Notes: generated by a model from the sequence alone, not told the origin. Shown: positions 31,383-42,544, counted from the first letter of the stretch. The stretch is 64,000 bases of DNA from an uncultured Chthonomonadaceae bacterium (GCA_963817895.1 CAWFQB010000003.1:480001-544000); one strand, 5' to 3'. A program made the numbers and translations.

Positions 31383-32127
31383 TCATCGGACAGACGCGAC
31401 TGCTTCTGTAGGTTCCGGCAGCGGGGGTGGGAACAGGCGCGGGAGGTTTTCCAGCGCGTTGAAGGCGGCGGCCTGCTCTGCCTCTTTTTTGCTTTTGCCC
31501 TGCCCGCTGCCGATGATGGTTTCGCCGACAACGGCCTGCGCCACAAAGGTTTTGTCGTGTTCGTGGCCCGATTCATCTACCGTGCGATAAATGGGAGTCA
31601 GGCGCAGCTGCGCCTGCGTGTGTTCCTGCAGGGAAGATTTGTAGTCGCGGCGATGCTCGTCATGCGCCACTTCGTCAAAGGCGGGCTGTAGCGGATTTGC
31701 GGACCACCCGGCGCGCGGCCACGATGCCGCAGTCCAGATAGATAGCGGCGACAACGGCCTCGAACGCATCCGACAAAATAGAGCGCCGCCGCCGCCCGCC
31801 GGAAGCCGCTTCACTCGCGCTCATCACCATGAACTCTTCCAGTCCCAACGCCTGCGCCGCATCGGCAAGAGCGGACTCGCTGACAATATAGGCTTTGGAT
31901 TTGGCGAGATTGCCCTCGCTGTAACCGGGAAACATGCGGAACAGGTTTTCGCAGATGACCAGTCCCACAACCGAATCGCCCAAAAATTCCAGCCGCTCGT
32001 TGCTGTCAAAGGCGTTGTCGCCCGCCGCCGAGCGGTGCGTCAGGGCGCGGCGCAGGCGCGTCAAGTCCTTGAACTGTACGCCAAGCCGTTCCTGAAGTGG
32101 GGTTAAATCCTGTTCGTCCGTAGGCAT
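31383..32127 (-). CDS. rnc: Ribonuclease III (frameshift near 31695)
   Basis: ALTHRS, NERLEFLGDSV, DAFEA; dsRBD DYKSSLQE..GKSKKEAEQAAA. Confidence 0.95.
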
Positions 32128-32148
32128 ATTAACTGTAGATTCACCTTA

Positions 32149-32250
32149 GAGCCTACCCCAATAGGCCGGGTACAAAGAACGTACCCGTCTGAGTGGCCTG
32201 CGGCCAAGCGTCCTTCGGACGCAAATGCAATCGCCTGTTGGGATAGGCTC
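32149..32250. mobile_element. MITE-like element (102 bp) with IS5-family-like ends
   Basis: TIR GAGCCTACCCCAATAGG / CCTGTTGGGATAGGCTC (15/17), flanked by TTA and TAA. Confidence 0.55.
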
Positions 32251-32266
32251 TAACGCACGCCGTTGT

Positions 32267-33016
32267 TCAATGATGGTTAAACGCAACCCATGTCAGCCAT
32301 CCCATAAGAAGCAGTTTGAGCGGCAGAATGATAAGCCCTGCCCATTTCCAGCGCGTTTCCGATTGGAGAAACGCGGCCACGTTGCCATCTCGACGTTTCT
32401 GCCACGCGAGATAGTGGCCCTGTACGCCCAACACCAGCGACAACAACGCGCCACTGTATGGTATTAGCAGATACAAAGGCGGGCCAGAATACGCCAGCAG
32501 GGAGGCCGTATCCAGCAGGAGGACAATCAACGCCCAGCCGACAACGCCATGCCCCATCAGCCAGAACAGCGATGCCCCACATGCGCCCCAATTCCAGCGC
32601 AATTTGGCAAGAATGGGCGGAAGCGGACGGTCGGGAACGCTTTGTATCGCGTTTACGGGGGATGGGTACGCCATTTGCACAGTGAGAAACGTCGCGCCGG
32701 TCGGATCGTTGGGATTGGCAATCAGGCCGGCGGGAGCGCCGCACATCCGACACGCGCCCCGATTGGACGTGATTGCCCCGCACAATCGGCACTGCACATT
32801 GAACTCCGGCGCGCGAATCTGCTTTGCCGGACGAACCCGCGCGTTGTTGGCGGCAGAAGTTGTCCCGGCCTGCGGCGGGGCAGGGTAGGGCCTTCCCGTA
32901 CTCACAGTCGGCGCTTGAAACGGAATGGCGGAAGTCGCGCCCGCCAACGCTTGCCCGCAGCGTTCGCAAACCCTCGCGCCCGCCCGATTTATCTGCCCAC
33001 AATGCGGACACAGCAT
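32267..33016 (-). CDS. Double zinc-ribbon membrane protein
   Basis: CPHC..CERC and CRLC..CRMC; WNWGA..FWL..H TM region typical of DUF2628-like membrane proteins. Confidence 0.7.
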   Translation of the reverse strand: MLCPHCGQINRAGARVCERCGQALAGATSAIPFQAPTVSTGRPYPAPPQAGTTSAANNARVRPAKQIRAPEFNVQCRLCGAITSNRGACRMCGAPAGLIANPNDPTGATFLTVQMAYPSPVNAIQSVPDRPLPPILAKLRWNWGACGASLFWLMGHGVVGWALIVLLLDTASLLAYSGPPLYLLIPYSGALLSLVLGVQGHYLAWQKRRDGNVAAFLQSETRWKWAGLIILPLKLLLMGWLTWVAFNHH

Positions 33017-33286
33017 ACCCGCCTGAACTCCCGCTGCGCCATCGCGCCGAATAATAAAAAATAACGGGCCGCGAATAACTGCGCCGTAATTTTCGTGTTG
33101 GAGATAGTGTACCCGCAACCGGTTGGTTTTTGCCTGCGCGTTGGACGCGGATACAGCCAACAAGCCGAGAATAGTCTGCCTGTCGCCTGTTGACAACCAA
33201 TAATTCCAGTGCTACACTTGAAAGGACACTACAAGGATGTTTTGCCATTCGTCTTCCTCCCATTTTCCTCCCATGAGGCTGCTGTT

Positions 33287-35056
33287 ATGTCACAAAGTCG
33301 CGCAGCGCGCCTGCTGTTTTTTGCCGTCATTGTCTTCGCGCTTGCCACCATCGGGCGCAACCTCTACCGTCGCCATCTCAACACGGCGCTCATTGCTGCC
33401 GTAGAAGCCGGAGATACATCCGAGGCGCGCCTGTTGCTGGCGAAAGGAGCCGATCCCAACGTCGGTAAGCCTCCAACCACTGAAAGTAGTGAGAGTACGC
33501 CTCTGCTTTCGCTTGTGCTGAGATTAAATTCTAACATGACCGGACAGGAGGAAGACATTGCCTGCTTGCTGATACAGCATGGCGCGCGTATTTCCGGGGA
33601 TAAGAATGAAACAAATTACCTGAGTTTTGCCTGTGACGCGGGCAGTACATCCGTCGTTCATTGCCTGCTTGAAAAAGGAGTTGATCCGAATGTCAGAAAT
33701 AGCTGGCTGGAAACTCCCGTGGATCGGGCTGTCAGGTACGGTTTCAGTGGCGATGAGAAGCCATCTCAGGTAGAAACAAGCGCCGACAGGAAACGCAAGC
33801 GGGTGAGTCATGAGTTGACGCGCCTGCTGCAGGCGTATGGAGCGCATTTCACGCTGCGCGACGCGGTTATGATGAATGATCTAACCACGACACGGGCTAT
33901 GCTGGATGCCGGGGCAAACATAGATGCGCGCGAGACAACTCAAACGTTAAATAGCCTCTCTTATGACAACACTCCACAGCAGGATGGCGTGGTGAAACCT
34001 TACGCTATCCCGAGCGCGCAACATGCTCAAGATGACAACACTCCACTGCAAGAAGGCGTAGCGAGAGGCTATTTGGAAGAATCGCGCCTTCTGCTGGAGC
34101 GCGGGGCGGCTATCAACGCGCGCTCTAAAGGCAACCCGCCGCCGCTTATCACCGCTCTCCTGCACAAACGCGCCGACCTTGTCAGACTACTGCTGGCGCG
34201 CGGGGCGGACGTGAACTTGTCTGGGGTTGATGACGACACCGATGACCCGGCGAGTTTCAGTGAGAACAACCTTCCGGCGCTTGCTCTGGCGATTGTATAC
34301 ATGCCGGAGTTTGTGCCGGAACTTCTCCAAAAGGGAGCGGACGTCAACGCGAAATACGGCGCAGCCTTGAAAGCGGCCATCGGGCAACACAACTTACCAC
34401 TGATACGGGAACTGTTGAAGCGCGGGGCCAACGTCAATCCGTCCCTGCCAATCCGTAAAGTATTTACGACTTCCCCTTCTGCCGGCGCGCGCAAACCGAT
34501 GAGTATGATGCTCGCTGTCGCCAGCATATCCTCTACTATGAACAGTCGGCCCGTTACCACTGCTACTAAAAGCCGGATAACTGCTTTTTCGCCGTTGATG
34601 CTTGCCGTCTGCAATGCTCCCGAATGTGAAGCCCTTTTGCTGCGGGCAGGGGCAAAGATAGGGCCGGATAAAAGTAGTATTCTGCCCGCTGTAGTTTTGA
34701 GCGGACACTCGGAACTGATGCCGCATCTGTTGACATTGGGAGCGGATGTGAACGGAACCGACAGGCATGGCGAAACCGCGCTCAGTCTTGCGGTTGTTCA
34801 CGCGCCTGCCGACGTCAAGTTTCTGCTCGAACATGGAGCCAAACCGAATATCGTCACGCGCTCGATGCCTTCCCGTACCCTGCTTTCACAGGCCGCCATG
34901 TCGGGCGAGATAGAGTGTGTCCGTCTCCTTCTGGCGCATCACGCCGAGGTGAACCTTCGCCTCGCGCAGGGTCACACACCGCTTTACTACGCCCGCAAAC
35001 ACAATCATGCCGATGTTGCCACGCTGTTGCAACAGGCCGGAGGCAAAGAGGAGTAG
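33287..35056 (+). CDS. Membrane-anchored ankyrin-repeat protein
   Basis: N-terminal TM helix; many TPL..A / LL..GADVN repeats. Confidence 0.9.
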   Translation: MSQSRAARLLFFAVIVFALATIGRNLYRRHLNTALIAAVEAGDTSEARLLLAKGADPNVGKPPTTESSESTPLLSLVLRLNSNMTGQEEDIACLLIQHGARISGDKNETNYLSFACDAGSTSVVHCLLEKGVDPNVRNSWLETPVDRAVRYGFSGDEKPSQVETSADRKRKRVSHELTRLLQAYGAHFTLRDAVMMNDLTTTRAMLDAGANIDARETTQTLNSLSYDNTPQQDGVVKPYAIPSAQHAQDDNTPLQEGVARGYLEESRLLLERGAAINARSKGNPPPLITALLHKRADLVRLLLARGADVNLSGVDDDTDDPASFSENNLPALALAIVYMPEFVPELLQKGADVNAKYGAALKAAIGQHNLPLIRELLKRGANVNPSLPIRKVFTTSPSAGARKPMSMMLAVASISSTMNSRPVTTATKSRITAFSPLMLAVCNAPECEALLLRAGAKIGPDKSSILPAVVLSGHSELMPHLLTLGADVNGTDRHGETALSLAVVHAPADVKFLLEHGAKPNIVTRSMPSRTLLSQAAMSGEIECVRLLLAHHAEVNLRLAQGHTPLYYARKHNHADVATLLQQAGGKEE

Positions 35057-35262
35057 CCATAGAAAACCCCTCCCTTATGTATTCAATATCTGTCTATCCA
35101 AAGTAAAGGAGGAATACCTGTCTTTACACTTGAACCATTTTTCCAATTGGAGAAATGGTTCACCAGACGAGCGCGGCGTAAGTCTCTACCGATGGTTCCG
35201 ACAAGGCAGCATAGAAGTCGCGCAGACCTTTGTTGCGCAGATGTTGCAGCATCCTCCTGCGG

Positions 35263-36066
35263 CTACTTCTTCACCCCCCAGGGTGAAGAAGTAGCATAAA
35301 TTATCTGAGAGGGAGGCGTTTGATTGACCACAGTTCCGCCCGCGACACCAACTCCTGCGGGAAACATTTGTGTATGAGGATCAGCCCCATACTTCAGGAG
35401 CAAAGCTTTTATCTGCGGGCCAGGTTGGGAGTAGGAAAAGGCGGTGTATCCAACATGGTTCTTGAGATTCGCGTCAGCTCCGGCTTCCAGTAATGCCTTG
35501 ACACGCGGGAGGTCGTGCCCACTGGCAGCCAGCATCAACGGGGTTTGTCCATCACTCCCGCCCGCATTGACCTGCGCGCCATGTTGAAGCAACAGTTGCA
35601 GGATTTCCAGTGTTCCATTGCCGTTGGCGACGGCGTAAAGCGGCGTGTTGTTCCCTGGCCCGCCGGTGTTGGGATCAGCTCGCGCTTCCAACAACGCCTT
35701 GACCAATCTGGCATCTTTGGTTCCTGGTTGGAAAGGCTGATGGCTGCCCGGATAAACGTGAGAAGCCACCGCATAATACAGGGCGCTTTCCCCCGGCAAT
35801 GGAACAGGTTCATTTGTTAGACGAGCCATCAGCACTTGCAGCCTGCTGGCGGATCCGCCGACAGGTTCCAAGCGCGCATTGGGATCGGCTCCCTGACGCA
35901 GCGCCGCAATGGCGGCGTCCGTGTTGCGGGCAGTAAGAGCGGTAAACAAAGCGTCATCAAGGCGTTGTTGCCTCCGTGTCTGCCATAGAGGAACCAACAG
36001 CAAAAGGCACAGGAGCAACAGTCCGCATAGAAGGCGAGCAAAGCGGGAGGCAAGTCGTGTTTTCAT
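35263..36066 (-). CDS. Membrane-anchored ankyrin-repeat protein
   Basis: N-terminal TM helix; GADPN, NTPLYAVA, QTPLMLAA repeats. Confidence 0.9.
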   Translation of the reverse strand: MKTRLASRFARLLCGLLLLCLLLLVPLWQTRRQQRLDDALFTALTARNTDAAIAALRQGADPNARLEPVGGSASRLQVLMARLTNEPVPLPGESALYYAVASHVYPGSHQPFQPGTKDARLVKALLEARADPNTGGPGNNTPLYAVANGNGTLEILQLLLQHGAQVNAGGSDGQTPLMLAASGHDLPRVKALLEAGADANLKNHVGYTAFSYSQPGPQIKALLLKYGADPHTQMFPAGVGVAGGTVVNQTPPSQIIYATSSPWGVKK

Positions 36067-36344
36067 AAGTCTCCTTCTTTATCATTCGCTCTGTGCTTTC
36101 AGAGAAGCCAGCAGCTACATCTTTTTGTTGGAAAAGAACGATAGAAAGTTCACGGGGTACAACAACGATTCCTGGCTCCTCCCAAGCGACGCAGGAGCGA
36201 CCAGGAGAGGGGGCCACAAGTGGACGCTATCCAGTGAGGCAACTGTAAAGAATAACCGAAAACGCGGGAACGTGGAACTGCACACATTATTGAACAGTAA
36301 TATAAGGACAGCCTGCGGGAAAGCAGATGAAGGCCAATCGTACC

Positions 36345-36803
36345 ATGACACTGCAATCGAATCCTGTTTCTGTGGGACAATCCGCGCCCGATTTTACCTG
36401 CGCTTGCAGTGACGGCAGTACGCTGTCGCTGTCGGATTTGCGCGGCAGGGAACGGGTTGTCCTCGTGTTTTATCCGGGGGATAATACGCCTGTTTGTACT
36501 GCGCAGTTGTGCGCGTTTCGGGACGACTGGAGTCGGTTTCAGGCGCAGAATACGCGCGTGTACGGTGTTAATCCCGCCGGTCAGGGCAAACACGCGGGCT
36601 TTGTGGCAAAGCATCAGTTTCCGTTTCCGCTTCTGGTGGACGCGGGCGGGCAAATCGCCGCCGCGTATGGCTGCCGCCTGCTGTTCGGACTTATCCGCCG
36701 AACGGTAGTCCTGATAGACCGGCAGGGCAAAGTCGCCTATATACAGAGGGGCAATCCCGCGCCGCAGGAACTGCTGAACGTTCTCGCCGCCCTACAGGAT
36801 TAA
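36345..36803 (+). CDS. Peroxiredoxin (BCP/PrxQ type)
   Basis: FYPGDNTPVCTAQLCAFRD (PxxxTxxC). Confidence 0.92.
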   Translation: MTLQSNPVSVGQSAPDFTCACSDGSTLSLSDLRGRERVVLVFYPGDNTPVCTAQLCAFRDDWSRFQAQNTRVYGVNPAGQGKHAGFVAKHQFPFPLLVDAGGQIAAAYGCRLLFGLIRRTVVLIDRQGKVAYIQRGNPAPQELLNVLAALQD

Positions 36804-36881
36804 ATGAATTAGATGGATGGTTCAGCGCGTACAAACGTTGTGCGCCGCAGGATATTATGCCCGTGAGGAGGCAAGTTTTCG

Positions 36882-38586
36882 TTGATGAATCTACCTGATG
36901 GAGCCGAAGTTGCTCCCGTTTTGCCCGCCCATTTAGCCACTGCCCTTGCCCCGACGCTGAATAAACCGCGCGGACACGACAACGGGGATGCCGAGAACAC
37001 AGAACATCGCGCAGGGCGTGGGCGCAATATGCCTGATGACACTGATGCAGGGAATGGCCGTCCGAGCGCGGTTGTGATCGGCGCGGGGTTGGGCGGACTG
37101 TCCGCCGCCATTCATCTGGCGCGGCAGGGCTGGAAAGTGGATGTTATCGAGCGCAACGCGCGCAGCGGCGGGCGCATGAACGTGATTCGGGAAAAAGGCT
37201 TCACCATTGACATGGGGCCGACCATGCTGATGATGCCCGAAGTGATCGAAAACACTTTCAGCGCCTGCGGGCGCGACATCAAAGATTACCTGAGCCTGGA
37301 CGCGCCTGACTCCCGCCTATACGATTGTCTGGCCGGACGGCACGACGCTCAACATGGGCGGCTCCATTGCGGAAATGATCGCGCACGTGCAGCAGTTCGC
37401 GCCCGAAGACGCCGAGCGCATCGCGCCCGTTCATCGCCAAAATGAGGGCCAAGTACGACAACGCCCGCCACAATTTCATCGAGCGTTCCTTTAACAGCCT
37501 GCGCGATATGGCGCATCCCAACACCCTGCAGCGGACTGGTCAAGCCGCTGCCCCTGGAAAGCGTGTACAAGTTCGTCAGCAAAAACATTCAGCAACGAGA
37601 AACTGCGGCAGGCGTTCACGTTCCAAACTCTGTATCTGGGCATGAGTCCCTACAACTGTCCCTCTATCTACGCCCTGCTTCCTTATATCGAGATGGAGTT
37701 CGGCGTCTGGTTTCCCAGAGGCGGCACGATTGCGCTTGCCGACGCGCTGGAAAAACTGCTGCGCGAATTGGGCGGCGAACCTGCACTTTAATCAGCCCGT
37801 CGAGCGCATCGATGTGGAGGGCGAGCGGGCGACCGGCGTTCGTACCATGCGACGGGCGCGTACTGGAACGCCGATGTGGTCGTGTGCAACCTGGACGTGC
37901 CGATGGCGTACAAAACCCTGCTGCCGCCCCGAAGTTCGGCGCAAAGCACACGGACAAGCGCGATTGCAAAAGCACGATTTCGGCTGTTCCGGCTATCTGC
38001 TGTATCTGGGCGTGAAGAAAATCCCGAGCGACTGGGGCCATAACATGATCGTGCTGAGCGACGATTACGAGCAGATTATTGACGATATTTGCGTGAAGCC
38101 AGATTCTGCCCCGCGACCCGGCCATGCACGTCTGTATTCCCACCCGCACCGATCCCTCCCTTGCGCCGCCCGGCCATGATGTGGTTTACGTTCTGGTTCC
38201 CTGCCCGAATACGCGACGCCGCTATTGATTGGGAGCGCGAGGCGCCTCTGCTGCGCGAGCGCGTCCTGGACAAACTGGAAGCGACGGGCCTGCCCGGCCT
38301 GCGCGACAACATCGTGTTCGAGCGCGAATTCACGCCGCCGGAATTCGAGTCGCTGTATGGCTGCTACGCGGGCGCGGCGTACAGCGGCCTGACGCTCGGC
38401 ATTTTGCAGTCGGCCTACTTCCGCCCGCACAGCCGCAGCGAGGACGTGCGCGACCTGTACTTCGTCGGAGCCAGCACTCATCCCGGCGGCGGCGTTCCCA
38501 TCGTCCTGACATCGGGCCGACTGGCGGCCGAAGAGATCAACGCGGAACGAGATCACGCGAAGATAGAGACACAGGACACGAGATGA
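36882..38586 (+). CDS. Phytoene desaturase family protein (CrtI/CrtN-like), multiple frameshifts
   Basis: VIGAGLGGLSAA, DMGPT, LYFVGASTHPGGGVPIVL spread over at least 5 ORF pieces; start may be 37029. Confidence 0.8.
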
Positions 38587-38705
38587 TCAGATAGGAGAAT
38601 AGACAGGATTAACAGGATTCGTTCAGGATTACAGCGAGCAACGATCGTATCTTCTGAGCTTTTCCTCTGTGCCTCTGTGTCTCTGCGTAGCGGATGGTGA
38701 ACTTT

Positions 38706-40233
38706 ATGGACACTTTTAGTTCGTACAATCCCGGAACGGCGCGTTGCTCGGAACGTTTCCTGTGAGTCTGCGACGAGGTGGACTGCGCGGTTAGACGGCA
38801 CGGGCGCGGCAAGCGGCATGGGGCGCAAGGACGGCGGCAGAGCGTGTCGCGGCGTTGCGAGAGTTTGCGGGACAGTGTCGCGCAGGATGCGGACAGGCTG
38901 GCGCGATGTGTGTCGCGCAGAGATCGGCAAGCCGCTTCAGGAGGCGTATGGCGCCGACGTGCTGGCGTTGATTGGCGGGCTGGACTGGCTTATCGCGAAT
39001 CTGCCGCGCCTGCTTGCGCCGCGCCGTATTCCCGGCGAAAAGCGGGCGCACTTGCAGCCCATGCCGTATGGCGTTGTGGGCGTGATTGGAACGTGGAACT
39101 ATCCCCTTTTGCTGGATGGCGACGGCGATTGCATGGGCATTGGCGGCGGGCAACGCGGTGGTATGGAAGCCTTCGGAATTGGCGACGGCTTCCGCGACAA
39201 TGCCTCCATGCGCATTTTGAGCGGGCCGGCTTGCCGGTCGCGATGGTGACGGGGGATGGCAAGACGGGGCAGGCGTTGTGCGATACGCGGAACACCGCAT
39301 AGATAAACTGGCGTTTACGGGCGGCGTGGCGACGGGGCGCGCGATACTGGCGCAGTTGGCGACGCGGGGCATTCCGAGCGTGATGGAACTCAGCGGCAAT
39401 GACGCCCTGATTGTCTGCGCGGATGCCGACATAGAAGGCGGCGGCGCAGGCGGCGGTGTGGGCGCGGATTTGCAACGCGGGGCAAAGCTGCGTATCGCCG
39501 CAACGGATTTATGTCGAAGCGCAGGCGTATCCGGCGTTTGTGGCAGCCTGCGAGAAAATCATTAAGGACTTGCGGGCGGGCGTGGATTATGGCCCGCTGC
39601 GAACGGACGCTTTTCGCAAACGCGTGCATGGCCTTGTTAGCGGATGCCGTTCGACGCGGGGCGCGATCTGGTGTCAGGCGGCGCATTGTCTTGAACGATG
39701 CCGAATTTGCAGATGGTTTTTACTATGCCCCGACGCTGCTTGGCGGATTGCGCGCGACGACATGCCGATCATGCGGGAGGATTTCTTCGGCCCGGTATTG
39801 TGCGTTCGCGCTGTTCGGGATGCGGACGAAGCCGTTGCGCTTGCGAACGCGAATCCGAATGGGATTGGGCGCAAGCGTGTGGACGCGGGACATCAGGCAG
39901 GGCAGGCAAATTGCGGCGCGACTGCAGGCGGGCGTGGTCACGGTCAACATGGAAACACTGATGACGGGACGCGCCCCGGCCTGCCGTTTGGCGGCATGGG
40001 CGCGAGCGGATGGGGGCGGCAGCGGGGCGCGGCGGGGCTGGACGAGTTCGTACAGTGGAAAACCGTCTGCTGGCAGGGCAAGGTAGGGGCGCAGCGGCAC
40101 GTCTTTCCCTATCGCGATGCGACCATGCCCATTCTGCGCGGCCTGATCGCGCTCGAAAACCGCGCAGGGCGTGAAAGCGAAAATGCAGGCGGTGCGCGAA
40201 CTCGGAAATGCGGCCCGCAATGGAACAGGCTAA
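38706..40233 (+). CDS. Aldehyde dehydrogenase (AldH/CrtNc-like), multiple frameshifts
   Basis: PYGVVGVIGTWNYP, FTGG, ELSGND, NAGQSC, EDFFGP, PFGG in successive frames. Confidence 0.82.
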
Positions 40234-40385
40234 AAACAACAAGCAACCGCCTAATGTCTCTTGAGCAAAGCGTGATAAGCAGATGTGTCCGCGCATGCGG
40301 ACATTGGGCGAACGCCCCATGGCAAAGAAATTCATTTCGTTGCCCGTAATCGGCAACGCAACGATTACGGAGAAGCAGAGTGTCA

Positions 40386-41948
40386 ATGGCAAAGATAGCG
40401 GTAGTGGGCGGCGGATTGGCGGGGTGCGCGGCGGCGGTGCGGCTGGCGCACGCGGGCCATGAGGTGACGCTGTTTGAGAAGAACGCGCATCTGGGCGGCA
40501 AAATGAACGTGTGGGAAGAGGGCGGCTACTATTTCGACATGGGGCCGACCATCATCACCAAGCCCGATGTGCTGGACCGCCTGTTTTCCGATGTGGGCGC
40601 AGGCGCGAGGATTATCTCGATCTGGTGTCGCTCGATCCGCAGTGGCGCGCGTTTTTCGCCGACGGCAGCCGGTTCGACCTGTACACTCAGCCTGCAGGAA
40701 ATGACGGCGGAACTCCAGCCGCTTCGCGCCCGACGAAATTGCCAACTACCTGCAATTTCTCGCCTACAGCCAGAAGATGAACGACATCTCGGACCGCTGG
40801 TTCTACTGGAAGTCGTATGGCGGCATCATGGACATGATGCGGGCCAACCCGATGAACATGCAGTCGCTGGGCATTGCCGATGAACATGGACCCGCTCACC
40901 ACGATGCATCAGGCCGTGCGCAAGCATTTCAAAGACGAGCGACTGGCGCAGCTGTTCGAGCATTTCGTGCAGTACGTCGGCTCGTCGCCGTTTGTCGCGC
41001 CCGCCATTTTGTGCCTGATCGCGTGGGTGCAGATCGGCGCTGGGCTGCTGGTATCCGATGGGCGGAACGGGCGAAATCGCCCGCGCCCTGACGCGGCTTG
41101 TGCGACGAGTTGGGCGTGGACGTGCGCTTGAACACGCCCATCGCAGCGCATCGAAACCGCAGAACGGCAGAGTGACGGGCGTCACGCCGGAAGACGGCAG
41201 TATTGGAAGCGTTCGATGTGGTGGTCGCCAACTCCGACATCGTGCGGACGCTGGAACAGATGCTGACCGGCGCGGACGCGAAAGCTTATCCGCACAAGCA
41301 CGAAAAGCAGCTGGAACCCGCCTGTTCGGGCATCGTGCTGTATCTGGGCTGCAACAAAACGTGGCCGCAACTGAAGCACCACGATTTCTACTTTTCCGCC
41401 GACAGCGACGAGGAGTTCCGCGACCTGTACGAGCGCAAAGTTCCGCACGAAGACCCGACCTGCTATCTGGCCGTGCCGTCCCTCACCGACCCGCAGGTCG
41501 CGCCGCCCGGCTGCACCGCGCTGTACGTCCTGGTGCATTGCCCCTACCTGACGGACGCTTTCGATTGGGAGAAGGAGACGACGCGCTACCGGGACGTGAT
41601 CATCGACAAACTGGAGCGGAGCGGCCTGACCGGGCTTGCGCGACAGCATTCAGGTGTCGCGCACGATCACGCCCCGCGATCTGGAACGGATGTACTGGGT
41701 GAACCGGGGCGCGATTTACGGCGTGGTCACGCAGCGCGGCCTCAATTCCGCCTTCAAAACCGCCAACCGCAGCGACCTGATTAAAGGGCTTGTACTGGGC
41801 GGGCGGCAGCGTCAACCCCGGCCCCGGCGTCCCGATGGTGCTGATGTCCGGCCAGATCGCCGCCAACTGCGTCCTCGAAGATTACGGGCGCAACGATACC
41901 GCTACTATCGGCAGTCGTTCGGAACTGGCAGGGGCAACACGCGGGTAG
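40386..41948 (+). CDS. Diapolycopene oxygenase-like protein (CrtP/CrtNb), multiple frameshifts
   Basis: VVGGGLAG, DMGPTI, QYVGSSP; NRGAIYGVV and GGSVNPGPGVPMVLMSG resemble the CrtP C-terminus. Confidence 0.72.
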
Positions 41949-41980
41949 TTTTCTCCGGCTTCCAAACAGCGCAAAATAAC

Positions 41981-42021
41981 AAAGCGTCCCGGCTCTCTTT
42001 TGTGGAGAACCGGGACGCTTT
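41981..42021. terminator. Bidirectional intrinsic terminator
   Basis: AAAGCGTCCCGG..CCGGGACGCTTT with A/T tails on both sides. Confidence 0.78.
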
Positions 42022-42131
42022 TGATATGTGGGTACAATAATGTGGGGTGAGACGCTCACGACGCCTCACCCCAAAACAAACTCGAGTGGTCAGCGTTTCA
42101 CCGCTGATTTTCTCGCAGAAAGGAGAAGCTA

Positions 42132-42386
42132 ATGACGAGCTTCCTGTTCTGGCTGGCTGTTGCCGCCAACGTCGTCACCCTCGGCACGGCAATTTACTTG
42201 CTGTGCCGCTGGATCAAACGACAACAGCGCAAACGCCAGCGCCGACGCTCTAAAGTGGTTGAGAGTTTAGGCCGTTCCTGCCGGGGACTTTACATTTTCG
42301 GCAGGGACACCTTTATTATAGAGGGTTTTGCTGAAATTGTCAATATCGCCGCGCAAGGTCAAGCCAATGAGAAACGTGGTCATTAG
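42132..42386 (+). CDS. Small single-TM, highly basic peptide; candidate type I toxin
   Basis: AAAGGAG RBS; MTSFLFWLAVAANVVTLGTAIYLLCRWIKRQQRKRQRRRSK; true end uncertain. Confidence 0.6.
   Translation: MTSFLFWLAVAANVVTLGTAIYLLCRWIKRQQRKRQRRRSKVVESLGRSCRGLYIFGRDTFIIEGFAEIVNIAAQGQANEKRGH
42315..42343 (-). promoter_or_regulatory. Consensus sigma70 promoter firing antisense to the small ORF
   Basis: Exact TTGACA-17 nt-TATAAT on the minus strand. Confidence 0.8.
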
Positions 42387-42544
42387 CAGGTAATTTCTTG
42401 ACGCGAACTCTGATAGCGCAGGAGTTCGCGTTGTGAAACGCGAATGAAGACGCGCCTTTATCGTAAATTTTTCGCCGCCATCGTCCTGCCGCCCACTTCA
42501 AACCATAATCGGTGACGGCTGCGCAGGTTCATTAAGGAGTTGAC

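Noticed and set aside
36100..36330. Possible riboswitch upstream of the peroxiredoxin-carotenoid genes
   Set aside because: Only one imperfect hairpin (about 36169-36204); no aptamer consensus that I recognise
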